Below, one piece after another: positions 39,306-53,400 of a stretch of 64,000 nucleotides of DNA. The position numbers and the translations under genes were made by a program. The notes beneath the pieces were generated by a model. It searched no databases. It was not told where the DNA came from and was given only the letters and a program-made list of their open reading frames with translations. Source of the DNA: Eledone cirrhosa. Taxonomy: Eukaryota. Location of the stretch: positions 262,136,001 through 262,200,000 of the forward strand of contig OZ024741.1 of the NCBI GenBank assembly GCA_964016885.1. The letters run 5' to 3'. Positions within the stretch are counted from its first letter, which is position 1; every line of letters starts with the position of its first letter.

Positions 39306-41276
39306 CGTTTCGCTTTACGAGTGTTTCGACTTACGAGTCTTTCGACATACGAGTGTTTCAGCTTACGAGTGTTTTGATTTACGAGTGTTTTGACTTACGG
39401 GTGTTTCGACTTACGCGTGTTTCGACTTACGAGTGTTTCCGGCTTACGAGTGTTTCGACTTACGAGTGTTTTGACTTACGAGTGTTTTGACTTACGAGTG
39501 TTCTGACTTACGAGTGTTCCAACTTACGAGTGTTCCGACTTACGAGTGTTTCGGCTTACGAGTGTTTCCGGCTTATGAGTGTTTCGACTTACGAGTGTTT
39601 TGACTTACGGTGTTTCGGCTTACGAGTGATTCGACATACGAGTGTTTTGACTTACGGGTGTTTTGACTTACGGGTGTTGTGAATTACGAGTGTTCCGATT
39701 TACGAGTGTTTTGACTTACGGTGTTTCGGCTTACGAGTGATTCGACTTACGAATGTTTTGACTTACGGGTGTTTCGGCTTACGAGTGTTTCGACTTACGA
39801 GTGTTTCGGCTTGCGAGTGTTTCGACTTACTAATGTTTTTACTTACGAGTATTTCGGCGTACGAGTGTTTCGACTTACGAGTGTTTCGACTTACGGGTGT
39901 TTTGACATACGGGTGTTTCGGCTTACGAGTGTTTCGACTTACGAGTGTTTTGACTTAAGGATGTTTCGACTTACGAGTGTTTCGACTTACGAGTGTTTCG
40001 ACTTACGATTGTTTCGGCTTACGAGTGTTTTGACTTAAGGATGTTTCGACTTACGAGTGTTTTGATACGAGTGTTTCGACTTACGAGTGTTCTGACTTAC
40101 GAGTGTTCTGATTTACGGATGTTTCGACATACAAGTGTTTCGACTTACGAGTGTTTCGACTTACGAGTGTTTTGACTTACGGGTGTTTTGACATACGAGT
40201 GTTTCGACTTACGAGTGTTTCGACTTACGAGTGTTTTTACTTACGGGCGTTTTGACATACGAGTGTTCCGACTTACGAGTGTTTCGGCTTATGAGTGTTT
40301 CGACTTACGAGTGCTTCGACTTACGAATGTTTCGGCTTACGGGTGTTTCGACTTACGAATGTTTTGCTTATGAGTGTTTCGGCTTACGAGTGTTTCGGCT
40401 TATGAGTGTTTCGACTTACGAGTGTTTTGACTTACGGGTGTTTTGACATACGAGTGTTTCGATACGAGTGTTCTGACTTACGAGTGTTCTGACTTACGAG
40501 TGTTCTGACTTACGAGTGTTCTGACTTACGAGTGTTCTGACTTACGGGTGTTCTGACTTACGAGTGTTCCGACTTACGAGTGTTTCGGCTATGAGTGTTT
40601 TGACTTACGGGTGTTTCGACTTACGGGTGTTTTGACTTACGAGTGTTTCGACTTACGAGTGTTTCCGCTTACTAGTGTTTCTGCTTACGAGTGTTTCGAC
40701 TTACTAATGTTTTTACTTACGAGTGTTTCGGTGTACGAGTGTTTCGACTTAAGGATGCTTCGACTTACGAGTGTTTCGACTTACGAGTGTTTCGACTTAC
40801 GAGTGTTTCGAATTACGAGTGTTTTGGCTTACGAATGTTTTCACTTACGGGTGTTTCGACTTACGGGTGTTTCGGCTCACGAGTGTTTCGACTTACGAGT
40901 GTTCTGACTACGAATGTTCTGACTTACGGGTGTTCTGACTTACGAGTGTTCTGACTTACGAGTGTTCCGACTTACGAGTGTTTCGGCTTACGAGTGTTTC
41001 GGCTTACGTGTGTTTCGGCTTACGAGTGTTTCGACTTACGAGTGTTCCGACTTACGAGTGTTTCGACTTACGAGTGTTTTGGCTTACGGTGTTTCGGCTT
41101 ACGAATGTTTTGACTTACGAGTGTTTTGACTTACGGGTGTTTTGAGATACGAGTGTTTCGATACGAGTGTTCTGACTTACGAGTGTTCTGACTTACGAGT
41201 GTTCTGACTTACGAGTGTTCCGACTTACGAGTGTTTCGGCTCAAGAGTGTTTCGGCTTACGAGTGTTTCGACTACG

Positions 41277-41345
41277 AAAATAACAAATAGACGCGGTTTC
41301 AAATCTCTATGCTTTTCAAGTTCATTACATTAATCTTTATTTATA
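41277..41345 (+). repeat. 68-bp element, copy 15 (counterpart of copy 9)
   Basis: Direct match at +15504 from copy 9. Confidence 0.95.
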
Positions 41346-43776
41346 CGTTTCGCTTTACGAATGTTTCGACTTACGAGTGTTTCGACTTACGAGTGTTTCG
41401 GCTTACGAGTGTTTTGACTTACGAGATTTTTTACTTACGGGTGTTTCGACTTACGCGTGTTTCGGCTTACGAATGTTTTGACTTACGGGTGTTTCGACTT
41501 ACGAGTGTTTTGACTTACGAGTGTTCTGACTTACGAGTGTTCTGTCTTACGAGTGTTCCGACTTACGACTGTTTCGACTTACGAGTGTTTTGATTTACGA
41601 GTGTTCCGACTTACGAGTGTTTCGGCTTACGGGTGTTTCGACGTACGAGTATTTTTGGCTTACGAGTGTTTCGCCTTACGAGTGTTTTGAATTACGATTG
41701 TTTCCGCTTACGAGTGTTTAGACTTACGAGTATTTCGACTTACGAGTGTTTTGACTTACGGGTGTTTTGACATACGAGTGTTTCGATACGAGTGCTCTGA
41801 CTTACGAGTGTTCTGACTTACGAGTGTTCTGACTTACGAGTGTTCTGACTTACGGGTGTTCTGACTTACGTGTGTTCCTACTTACGAGTGTTTCGGCTAT
41901 GGGTGTTTCGACTTACGAGTGTTTCGACTTACGAATGTTTTTGGCTTACGAGTGTTTCGGCTTACGAGTGTTTCGACTTACGAATGTTTTGGCCTACGGT
42001 GTTTCGGCTTACGAGTTATTCGACATACGAGTGTTTTGACTTACGGGTGTTTCGACTTACGCGTGTTTCGACTTACGAGTGTTTCGACTTACGAGTGTTT
42101 TGACTTACGAGTGTTTTGACTTACGAGTGTTCTGACTTACGAGTGTTCCGACTTACGAGTGTTCTGCCTTACGAGTGTTCTGACTTACGAGTGTTTCGAC
42201 TTACGAGTGTTTCGACTTACGAGTGTTCCGACTTACGGGTGTTTCGACTTACGAGTGTTTTGGCTTACGGTGTTTCGACTTACGAGTGTTTTGACTTACG
42301 GTGTTTCGGCTTACGAGTGTTTCGACTTACGAGTGTTTTGACTTACGGGTGTTTTGACATACGAGTGTTTCGATACGAGTGTTCTGACTTACGAGTGTTC
42401 TGACTTACGAGTGTTTTGACTTACGAGTGTTCTGACTTACGAGTGTTCCGACTTACGAGTGTTCCGACTTACGAGTGTTTCGGCTTACGAGTGATTCGAC
42501 TTACGAGTGTTTTGACTTACGGGTGTTTTGACTTACGGGTGTTGTGAATTACGAGTGTTCCTATTTACGAGTGTTTTGACTTACGGTGTTTCGGCTTACG
42601 AGTGATTCGACTTACGTGTGTTTCGACTTACGAGTGTTTTGACTTACGAATGTTTTGACTTACGGGTGTTTCGACTTACTAATGTTTTTACTTACGAGTG
42701 TTTCGGCGTACGAGTGTTTCGACTTACGAGTGTTTCGACTTACGAGTGTTTCGGCTTACGAGTGTTTTGACTTAAGGATGTTTCGACTTACGAGTGTTCT
42801 GACTTACGAGTGTTCTGATTTACGGATGTTTCGACACACGAGTGTTTCGACTTACGAGTGTTTCGACTTACGTGTGTTTTGAGTTACGGGTGTTGTGAAT
42901 TACGATTGTTCCTATTTACGAGTGTTTTGACTTACGGTGTTTCGGCTTGCGAGTGTTTTGACTTACGTGTGTTTCGACTTACGAGTGTTTTGACTTACGA
43001 ATGTTTTGACTTACGGGTGTTTCGACTTACTAATGTTTTTACTTACGAGTGTTTCGGCGTACGAGTGTTTCGACTTACGAGTGTTTCGACTTACGAGTGT
43101 TTCGGCTTACGAGTGTTTTGACTTAAGGATGTTTCGACTTACGAGTGTTCTGACTTACGAGTGTTCTGATTTACGGATGTTTCGACACACGAGTGTTTCG
43201 ACTTACGAGTGTTTCGACTTACGTGTGTTTTGAGTTACGGGTGTTTTGACATACGAGTGTTTCGATACGAATGTTCTAACTTACGAGTGTTCTGACTTAC
43301 GAGTGTTCTGACTTACGAGTGTTCTGACTTACGAGTGTTCTGACTTACGAGGGTTCCGACTTACGAGTGTTCCGACTTACGAGTGTTTTGGCTTACGGTG
43401 TTTCGGCTTACGAGTGTTTCGAGTTACGAGTGTTTTGACTTACGCGTGTTTTGACATAAGAGTGTTTCGATACGAGTGTTCTGACTTACGAGTGTTCTGA
43501 CTTACGAGTGTTCTGACTTACGAGTGTTCTGACTTACGAGTGTTCTGACTTACGAGTGTTCTGACTTACGAGTGTTCCGACTTTACGAGTGTTTCGGCTC
43601 ACGATTGTTTTGGCTTACGGTGTTTCGGCTTACGAGTGTTTCGAGTTACGAGTGTTTTGACTTACGCGTGTTTTGACATACGAGTGTTTCGATACGAGTG
43701 TTCTGACTTACGAGTGTTCTGACTTACGAGTGTTCTGACTTACGAGTGTTCTGACTTACGAGTGTTTCGACTTACG

Positions 43777-43845
43777 AAAATAACAAATAGACGCGGTTTC
43801 AAATATCTATGCTTTTCAAATTCATTACATTAATCTTTATTTATA
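43777..43845 (+). repeat. 68-bp element, copy 16 (counterpart of copy 10)
   Basis: Direct match at +15504; shares the AATATCT variant. Confidence 0.95.
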
Positions 43846-45433
43846 CGTTTCGCTTTACGAGTGTTTCGACTTACGAGTCTTTCGACATACGAGTGTTTCA
43901 GCTTACGAGTGTTTTGATTTACGAGTGTTTTGACTTACGGGTGTTTCGACTTACGCGTGTTTCGACTTACGAGTGTTTCGACTTACGAGTGTTTCGACTT
44001 ACGAGTGTTTCGACTTACGAGTGTTTTGACTTACGAATGTTTTGACTTACGATTGTTTCGGCTTACGAGTGTTTCGACTTACGAGTGTTTCGGCTTATGA
44101 GTGTTTCGTCTTACGGGTGTTTTGACTTACGAGTGTTTCGGCTTACGAGTGTTTCGGCTTATGAGTGTTTCGACTTACGGGTGTTTTGACTTACGGGTGT
44201 TTTGACATACGAGTGTTTCGATACGAGTGTTCTGACTTACGAGTGTTCTGACTTACGAGTGTTCTGACTTACGGGTGTTCTGACTTACGAGTGTTCCGAC
44301 TTACGAGTGTTTCGGCTATGAGTGTTTCGACTTACGGGTGTTTCGACTTACGAGTGTTTCGACTTACGAGTGTTTCGACTTACGAGTGTTTCGACTTACG
44401 ACTGTTTTGGCTTATGAATGTTTTGACTTACGGGTGTTTCGACTTACGGGTGTTTCGGCTTACGAGTGTTTCGATTCGAGTGTTCTGACTTACGAGTGTT
44501 CTGACTTACGAGTGTTCTGACTTACGAGTGTTCCGACTTACGAGTGTTCCGACTTACGAGTGTTTCGGCTTACGAGTGTTTCGGCTTATGAGTGTTTCGA
44601 CGTACGGGCGTTTCGACTTACGGGTGTTTCGACTTACGAGTGTTTTGACTTACGAGTGTTCTGACTTACGAGTGCTCTGACTTACGAGTGTTCCGACTTA
44701 CGACTGTTTCGACTTACGAGTGTTTTGACTTACGAGTGTTCCGACTTACGAGTGTTTCGGCTTACGGGTGTTTCGACGTACGAGTATTTTTGGCTTACGA
44801 GTGTTTCGACTTACGAGTGTTTTGAATTACGATTGTTTCGACTTACGAGTGTTTCGACTTACGAGTATTACGACTTACGAGTGTTTCGGCTATGGGTGTT
44901 TCGACTTACGAATGTTTTGCATTACGGGTGTTCCGGTTTACGAGTGTTTCGACTTACGAGTGTTCTGACTTACGAGTGTTCTGACTTACGAGTGTTCTGA
45001 CTTACGAGTGTTCTGACTTATGAGGGTTCCGACTTACGAGTGTTCCGACTTACGAGTGTTTTGGCTTACGGTGTTTCGGCTTATGAGTGTTTCGAGTTAC
45101 GAGTGTTTTGACTTACGCGTGTTTTGACATACGAGTGTTTCGATACGAGTGTTCTGACTTACGAGTGTTCTGACTTACGAGTGTTCTGACTTACGAGTGT
45201 TCTGACTTACGAGTGTTCTGACTTACGAGTGTTCCGACTTTACGAGTGTTTCGGCTCACGATTGTTTTGGCTTACGGTGTTTCGGCTTACGAGTGTTTCG
45301 AGTTACGAGTGTTTTGACTTACGCGTGTTTTGACATACGAGTGTTTCGATACGAGTGTTCTGACTTACGAGTGTTCTGACTTACGAGTGTTCTGACTTAC
45401 GAGTGTTCTGACTTACGAGTGTTTCGACTTACG

Positions 45434-45502
45434 AAAATAACAAATAGACGCGGTTTCAAATCTTTATGCTTTTCAAATTCATTACATTAATCTTTATTTA
45501 TA
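45434..45502 (+). repeat. 68-bp element, copy 17 (counterpart of copy 11)
   Basis: Direct match at +15504 from copy 11. Confidence 0.95.
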
Positions 45503-47267
45503 CGTTTCGCTTTACGAGTGTTTCGACTTACGAGTCTTTCGACATACGAGTGTTTCAGCTTACGAGTGTTTTGATTTACGAGTGTTTTGACTTACGGGTG
45601 TTTCGACTTACGCGTGTTTCGACTTACGAGTGTTTCCGGCTTACGAGTGTTTCGACTTACGAGTGTTTTGACTTACGAGTGTTTTGACTTACGAGTGTTC
45701 TGACTTACGAGTGTTCCAACTTACGAGTGTTCCGACTTACGAGTGTTTCGGCTTACGAGTGTTTCCGGCTTATGAGTGTTTCGACTTACGAGTGTTTTGA
45801 CTTACGGTGTTTCGGCTTACGAGTGATTCGACTTACGAGTGTTTTGACTTACGGGTGTTTTGACTTACGGGTGTTGTGAATTACGAGTGTTCCGATTTAC
45901 GAGTGTTTTGACTTACGGTGTTTCGGCTTACGAGTGATTCGACTTACGAATGTTTTGACTTACGGGTGTTTCGGCTTACGAGTGTTTCGACTTACGAGTG
46001 TTTCGGCTTGCGAGTGTTTCGACTTACTAATGTTTTTACTTACGAGTATTTCGGCGTACGAGTGTTTCGACTTACGAGTGTTTCGACTTACGGGTGTTTT
46101 GACATACGGGTGTTTCGGCTTACGAGTGTTTCGACTTACGAGTGTTTCGACTTACGAGTGTTTTGACTTACGTGTGTTTTGACATACGAGTGTTTCGACT
46201 TACGAGTGTTTCGACTTACGAGTGTTTTGACTTACGGGCGTTTTGACATACGAGTGTTCCGACTTACGAGTGTTTCGGCTTATGAGTGTTTCGACTTACG
46301 AGTGCTTCGACTTTCGAATGTTTCGGCTTACGGGTGTTTCGACTTACGAATGTTTTGCTTATGAGTGTTTCGGCTTACGAGTGTTTCGGCTTATGAGTGT
46401 TTCGACTTACGAGTGTTTTGACTTACGGGTGTTTTGACATACGAGTGTTTCGATACGAGTGTTCTGACTTACGAGTGTTCTGACTTACGAGTGTTCTGAC
46501 TTACGAGTGTTCTGACTTACGAGTGTTCTGACTTACGGGTGTTCTGACTTACGAGTGTTCCGACTTACGAGTGTTTCGGCTATGAGTGTTTTGACTTACG
46601 GGTGTTTCGACTTACGGGTGTTTTGACTTACGAGTGTTTCGACTTACGAGTGTTTCCGCTTACTAGTGTTTCTGCTTACGAGTGTTTCGACTTACTAATG
46701 TTTTTACTTACGAGTGTTTCGGTGTACGAGTGTTTCGACTTAAGGATGCTTCGACTTACGAGTGTTTCGACTTACGAGTGTTTCGACTTACGAGTGTTTC
46801 GAATTACGAGTGTTTTGGCTTACGAATGTTTTCACTTACGGGTGTTTCGACTTACGGGTGTTTCGGCTCACGAGTGTTTCGACTTACGAGTGTTCTGACT
46901 ACGAATGTTCTGACTTACGGGTGTTCTGACTTACGAGTGTTCTGACTTACGAGTGTTCCGACTTACGAGTGTTTCGGCTTACGAGTGTTTCGGCTTACGT
47001 GTGTTTCGGCTTACGAGTGTTTCGACTTACGAGTGTTCCGACTTACGAGTGTTTCGACTTACGAGTGTTTTGGCTTACGGTGTTTCGGCTTACGAATGTT
47101 TTGACTTACGAGTGTTTTGACTTACGGGTGTTTTGAGATACGAGTGTTTCGATACGAGTGTTCTGACTTACGAGTGTTCTGACTTACGAGTGTTCTGACT
47201 TACGAGTGTTCCGACTTACGAGTGTTTCGGCTCAAGAGTGTTTCGGCTTACGAGTGTTTCGACTACG

Positions 47268-47336
47268 AAAATAACAAATAGACGCGGTTTCAAATCTCTA
47301 TGCTTTTCAAGTTCATTACATTAATCTTTATTTATA
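47268..47336 (+). repeat. 68-bp element, copy 18 (counterpart of copy 12)
   Basis: Direct match at +15504 from copy 12. Confidence 0.95.
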
Positions 47337-50300
47337 CGTTTCGCTTTACGAATGTTTCGACTTACGAGTGTTTCGACTTACGAGTGTTTCGGCTTACGAG
47401 TGTTTTGACTTACGAGATTTTTTACTTACGGGTGTTTCGACTTACGCGTGTTTCGGCTTACGAATGTTTTGACTTACGAGTGTTTTGACTTACAGGTGTT
47501 TTGACATACGAGTGTTTCGATACGAGTGTTTCGACTTACGAGTGTTCTGACTTACGAGTGTTTCGACTTACGAGTGTTTCGACTTACGAGTGTTTCGGCT
47601 TACGAGTGTTTCGGCTCCCGAGTGTTTCGACTTAAGAGTGTTTCGACTTACGAGTGTTTTGACTTACGGGTGTTTCGACTTACGAGTGTTTTGGTTTACG
47701 TGTGTTTCGACTTACGAATGTTTCGGCTTACGAGTGTTTCGACTTACGAGTGTTTCGACTTACGGTTGTTCTGACTTACGGGTATTCCGACTTACGAGTG
47801 ATTTGGCATACGAGTGTTTCGACTTACGAGTGTTTTCGGCTTACGAGTGTTTCGACTTACGAGTGTTTTGACTTACGATTGTTTCGGCTTACGAGTGTTT
47901 CGACTTACGAGTGTTTCGGCTTACGAGTGTTTCGGCTTATGAGTGTTTTGACTTAAGGGTGTTTCGACGAGTGTTTCGATACGAGTGTTTCGACATGCGA
48001 GTTTTTTGACTTACGGATGTTTCGACTTACGGGTGTTTCGACTCACGAGTGTTTCTACTTACGAGTGTTTCGACTTACGAGTGTTCCGACTTACGAGTGT
48101 TTTGACTTACGAGTGTTCCGACTTACGAGTGTTTCGGCTTACGAGTGTTTCGGCTCACGAGTGTTCCGACTTACGAGTGTTCCGACTTACGAGTGTTTCG
48201 GCTACGGATGTTCCGACTTACGAGTATTTTCGGCTTACGAGTGTTTTGACTTACGATTGTTTTGACTTACGGGTATTTCGGCTTACGAGTGTTTCGACTT
48301 ACGAGTGTTTCGACTTACGAGTGTTTTGACTTACGGGTGTTTCGACTTACGAGTGTTTTGGTTTACGTGTGTTTCGACTTACGAATGTTTCGGTTTACGA
48401 GTGTTTCGACTTACGAGTGTTTTGACTTACGGGTGTTTCGACTTACGAGTGTTTTGGTTTACGTGTGTTTCGACTTACGAATGTTTCGTCTTACGAGTGT
48501 TTTGACTTACGATTGTTTCGGCTTACGAGTGTTTCGACGTACGAGTGTTTCGGCTTACGAGTGTTTCGGCTTACGAGTGTTTTGACTTAAGGGTGTTTCG
48601 ACGAGTGTTTCGATACGAGTGTTTCGACTTACGGGTGTTCTGACTTACGAGTGTTCTGATTTACGGATGTTTCGACTTATGAGTGTTTCGACTACGAGTG
48701 TTTCGACTTACGAGTGTTTCGACTACGAGTGTTTCGACTTACGAGTGTTCTGACTTACGAGTGTTCTGATACGAGTGTTCTGACTTACGAGTGTTCCGAC
48801 TTACGAGTGTTTCGGCTTACGAGTGTTTCGGCTTACGTGTGTTTCGACTTACGAGTGTTTTGGCTTACGGTGTTTCGGCTTACGAATGTTTTGACTTACG
48901 AGTGTTTTGACTTACGAGTGTTCCGACTTACGGGTGTTTCGACTTACGAGTGTTTCGACTTACGAGTGTTCCGACCTACGAGGGTTTCGGCTTACGGGTG
49001 TTCCGACTTACGAGTATTTTCGGCTTACGAGTGTTTCGACTTACGAGTGTTTTGACTTACGATTGTTTCGGCTTACGAGTGTTTCGACTTACGAGTGTTT
49101 TGACTTACGGTGTTTCGGTTTACGCGTGTTTCGACTTACGAGTGTTTTGACTTACGGGTGTTTTGACATACGAGTGTTTCGATACGAGTGTTCTGACTTA
49201 CGAGTGTTCTGACTTACGAGTGTTCTGACTTACGGGTGTTCTGACTTACGAGTGTTCCGACTTACGAGTGTTTCGGCTTATGAGTGTTTCGGCTTACGAG
49301 CGTTTCGACTACGAGTGTTTCGACTTACGAATGTTTTTGCTTACGAGTGTTTCGACTTACGATTGTTTTGACTTACAATTGTTTCGGCTTACGAGTGTTT
49401 CGACTTACGAGTGTTTCGATTTACGAGTGTTTTGACTTACGGGTGTTTCGACTTACGAGAGTTTTGGTTTACGTGTGTTTCGACTTACGAGTGTTTTGAC
49501 TTACGAGTGTTCCGACCTACGAGTGTTTCGGCTACGGATGTTCCGACTTACGAGTATTTTCGGCTTACGAGTGTTTTGACTTACGATTGTTTTGACTTAC
49601 GATTGTTTCGGCTTACGAGTGTTTCGACTTACGAGTGTTTCGACTTACGGTTGTTCTGACTTACGGGTATTCCGACTTACGAGTGATTTGGCATACGAGT
49701 GTTTCGACTTACGAGTGTTTTCGGCTTACGAGTGTTTCGACTTACGAGTGTTTTGACTTACGATTGTTTCGGATTACGAGTGTTTCGACTTACGAGTGTT
49801 TCGGCTTACGAGTGTTTCGGCTTACGAGTGTTTTGAATTAAGGGTGTTTCGACGAGTGTTTCGATACGAGTGTTTCGACTTACGGGTGTTCTGACTTACT
49901 AGTGTTCTGATTTACGGATGTTTCGAATTATGAGTGTTTCGACTACGAGTGTTTCGACTTACGAGTGTTTCGACTACGAGTGTTTCGACTTACGAGTGTT
50001 CTGACTTACGAGTGTTCTGACTTACGAGTGTTCTGACTTACGAGTGTTCCGACTTACGAGTGTTTCGGCTTACGAGTGTTTTGGCTTACGTGTGTTTCGG
50101 CTTACGAGTGTTTCGACTTACGAGTGTTTTGACTTACGGTGTTTCGGCTTACGAATGTTTTGACTTACGAGTGTTTTGACTTACGGGTGTTTTGACATAC
50201 GAGTGTTTCGATACGAGTGTTTCGACTTACGAGTGTTCTGACTTACGAGTGTTCTGACTTACGAGTGTTCTGACTTACGAGTGTTCCGACTTACGAGTGT

Positions 50301-50343
50301 TTCGGCTCACGAGTGTTTCGGCTTACGAGTGTTTCGACTTACG

Positions 50344-50412
50344 AAAATAACAAATAGACGCGGTTTCAAATCTCTATGCTTTTCAAGTTCATTACATTAA
50401 TCTTTATTTATA
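50344..50412 (+). repeat. 68-bp element, copy 19 (CAAGTTC, TATACG)
   Basis: Direct match to the element. Confidence 0.95.
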
Positions 50413-53400
50413 CGTTTCGCTTTACGAATGTTTCGACTTACGAGTGTGTCGGCTTACGAGTGTTTCGACTTACGAGTGTTTTGACTTTCGGTGTTTCGGC
50501 TTACGAATGTTTTGACTTACGAGTGTTTTGACTTACGGGTGTTTTGACATGCGAGTGTTTCGATACGAGTGTTTCGACTTACGAGTGTTCTGACTTACGA
50601 GTGTTTTGTCTTACGATTGTTTCGGCTTACGAGTGTTTCGACTTACGAGTGTTTTGACTTACGGTGTTTCGGTTTACGTGTGTTTCGACTTACGAGTGTT
50701 TTGACTTACTGGTGTTTTGACATACGAGTGTTTCGATACGAGTGTTCTGACTTACGAGTGTTCTGACTTACGAGTGTTCTGACTTACGGGTGTTCTGACT
50801 TACGAGTGTTCCGACTTACGAGTGTTTCGACTTATGAGTGTTTCGGCTTACGAGCGTTTCGACTACGAGTGTTTCGACTTACGAATGTTTTTGCTTACGA
50901 GTGTTTCGACTTACGAATGTTTTTGCTTACGAATGTTTTTGCTTACGAGTGTTCTGACTTACGAGTGTTTTGACTTACGAGTGTTCCGACTTACGAGTGT
51001 TTTGGTTTACGTGTATTTCGACTTACGAATGTTTCGGCTTACGAGTGTTTCGACTTACGAGTGTTCCGACCTACGAGTGTTTCGGCTACGGATGTTCCGA
51101 CTTACGAGTATTTTCGGCTTACGAGTGTTTCGACTTACGAGTGTTTTGACTTACGGGTGTTTCGACTTACGAGTGTTTTGGTTTACGTGTGTTTCGACTT
51201 ACGAATGTTTCGGCTTACGAGTGTTTCGACTTACGAGTGTTTCGACTTACGGTTGTTCTGACTTACGGGTATTCCGACTTACGAGTGATTTGGCATACGA
51301 GTGTTTCGACTTACGAGTGTTTTCGGCTTACGAGTGTTTCGACTTACGAGTGTTTTGACTTACGATTGTTTCGGCTTACGAGTGTTTCGACTTACGAGTG
51401 TTTCGGCTTACGAGTGTTTCGTCTTATGAGTGTTTTGACTTAAGGGTGTTTCGACGAGTGTTTCGATACGAGTGTTTCGACTTACGGGTGTTCTGATTTA
51501 CGGATGTTTCGAATTATGAGTGTTTCGACTACGAGTGTTTCGACTTACGAGTGTTTCGACTACGAGTGTTTCGACTTACGAGTGTTCTGACTTACGAGTG
51601 TTCTGACTTACGGGTGTTCTGACTTACGAGTGTTCCGACTTACGAGTGTTTCGGCTTATGAGTGTTTCGGCTTACGAGCGTTTCGACTACGAGTGTTTCG
51701 ACTTACGAATGTTTTTGCTAACGAGTGTTTCGACTTACGAATGTTTTTGCTTACGAGTGTTTCGGCTTACGAGTGTTTCGACTTACAAGTGTTTCGACTT
51801 ACGAGTGTTTTGACTTACGGTGTTTCGGCTTACGAGTGTTTCGACATACGAGTGTTTTGACTTACCGGTGTTTCGACTTACGGGTGTTTCGACTTACGAG
51901 AGTTTCGACTTACGAGTGTTCTGACTTACGAGTGTTCTGACTTACGAGTGTTCCGACTTGCGAGTCTTTCGGCTTACGAGTGTTTCGACATGCGAGTTTT
52001 TTGACTTACGGATGTTTCGAATTACGGGTGTTTCGACTCACGAGTGTTTCTACTTACGAGTGTTTCGACTTACGAGTGTTCCGACTTACGAGTGTTTCGG
52101 CTTACGAGTGTTTCGGCTCACGAGTGTTTCGACTTACGAGTGTTTTGAATTACGAATGTTTTGCCTTACGGGTGTTTCGGTTTACGAGTGTTTTGACTTA
52201 CGAGTGTTCTGACTTACGAGTGTTCCGGCTTACGAGTGTTTCGGCTTACGAGTGTTTCGACTTACGAGTGTTCCGACCTACGAGTGTTTCGGCTACGGAT
52301 GTTCCGACTTACGAGTATTTTCGGCTTACGAGTGTTTTGACTTACGATTGTTTTGACTTACGGGTGTTTCGGCTTACGAGTGTTTCGACTTACGAGTGTT
52401 TCGACTTACGAGTGTTTTGACTTACGGGTGTTTCGACTTACGCGTGTTTTGACATGCGAGTGTTTCGATACGAGTGTTTCGACTTACGAGTGTTCTGACT
52501 TACGAATGTTTCGACTAACGAGTGTTTCGACTTACGAGTGTTTCGGCTTACGAGTGTTTCGGCTCAGGAGTGTTTCGACTTAAGAGTGTTTCGACTTACG
52601 AGTGTTTCGACTTACGAGTGTTTCGACTTACGAGTGCTTTTGCCATACGGGTGTTTCGGTTTACGAGTGTTTCGACTTACGAGTGTTCTGACTTACGAGT
52701 GTTCCGACTTACGAGTGTTTCGACTTACGAGTGTTTCGGCTTAAGAGTGTTTCGACATGCGAGTGTTTTGACTTACGGATGTTTCGACTTACGGGTGTTT
52801 CGACTCACGAGTGTTTCTACTTACGAGTGTTTCGACTTACGAGTGTTCCGACTTACGAGTGTTTTGACTTACGAGTGTTCCGACTTACGAGTGTTTCGGC
52901 TTACGAGTGTTTCGGCTCTCGAGTTTTTCGACTTAAGAGTGTTTTGAATTACGAATGTTTTGCCTTACGGGTGTTTCGGTTTACGAGTGTTTTGACTTAC
53001 GAGTATTCTGACTTACGAGTGTTCCGACTTACGGGTGTTTCGACTTACGAGTGTTTCGACATACGAGTGTTCCGACCTACGAGGGTTTCGGCTTACGGGT
53101 GTTCCGACTTACGAGTATTTTCGGCTTACGAGTGTTTCGACTTACGAGTGTTTTGACTTACGATTGTTTCGGCTTACGAGTGTTTCGACTACGAGTGTTT
53201 CGACTTACGAATGTTTTTGCTTACGAGTGTTTCGACTTACGGGTGTTTTGACATACTAGTGTTTCGATACGAGTGTTCTGACTTACGAGTGTTCCGACTT
53301 ACGAGTGTTTCGGCTTATGAGTGTTTCGGCTTACGAGCGTTTCGACTACGAGTGTTTCGACTTACGAATGTTTTTGCTTACGAGTGTTTCGACTTACGAA

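Larger units (their letters stand above)
31971..47463 (+). repeat. 15.5-kb higher-order repeat, copy 2 (directly tandem to copy 1)
   Basis: Same order of rare monomers and six inserts. Insert spacings are 1673/2040/2500/1657/1834 versus 1673/1992/2500/1657/1834 in copy 1. Confidence 0.95.
35586..47463 (+). repeat. Nested ~6-kb tandem duplication within 15.5-kb copy 2 (B ~35586-41479, B' ~41480-47463)
   Basis: Offsets 35976->41870, 37596->43809, 39269->45466, 40611->46602. Confidence 0.9.
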
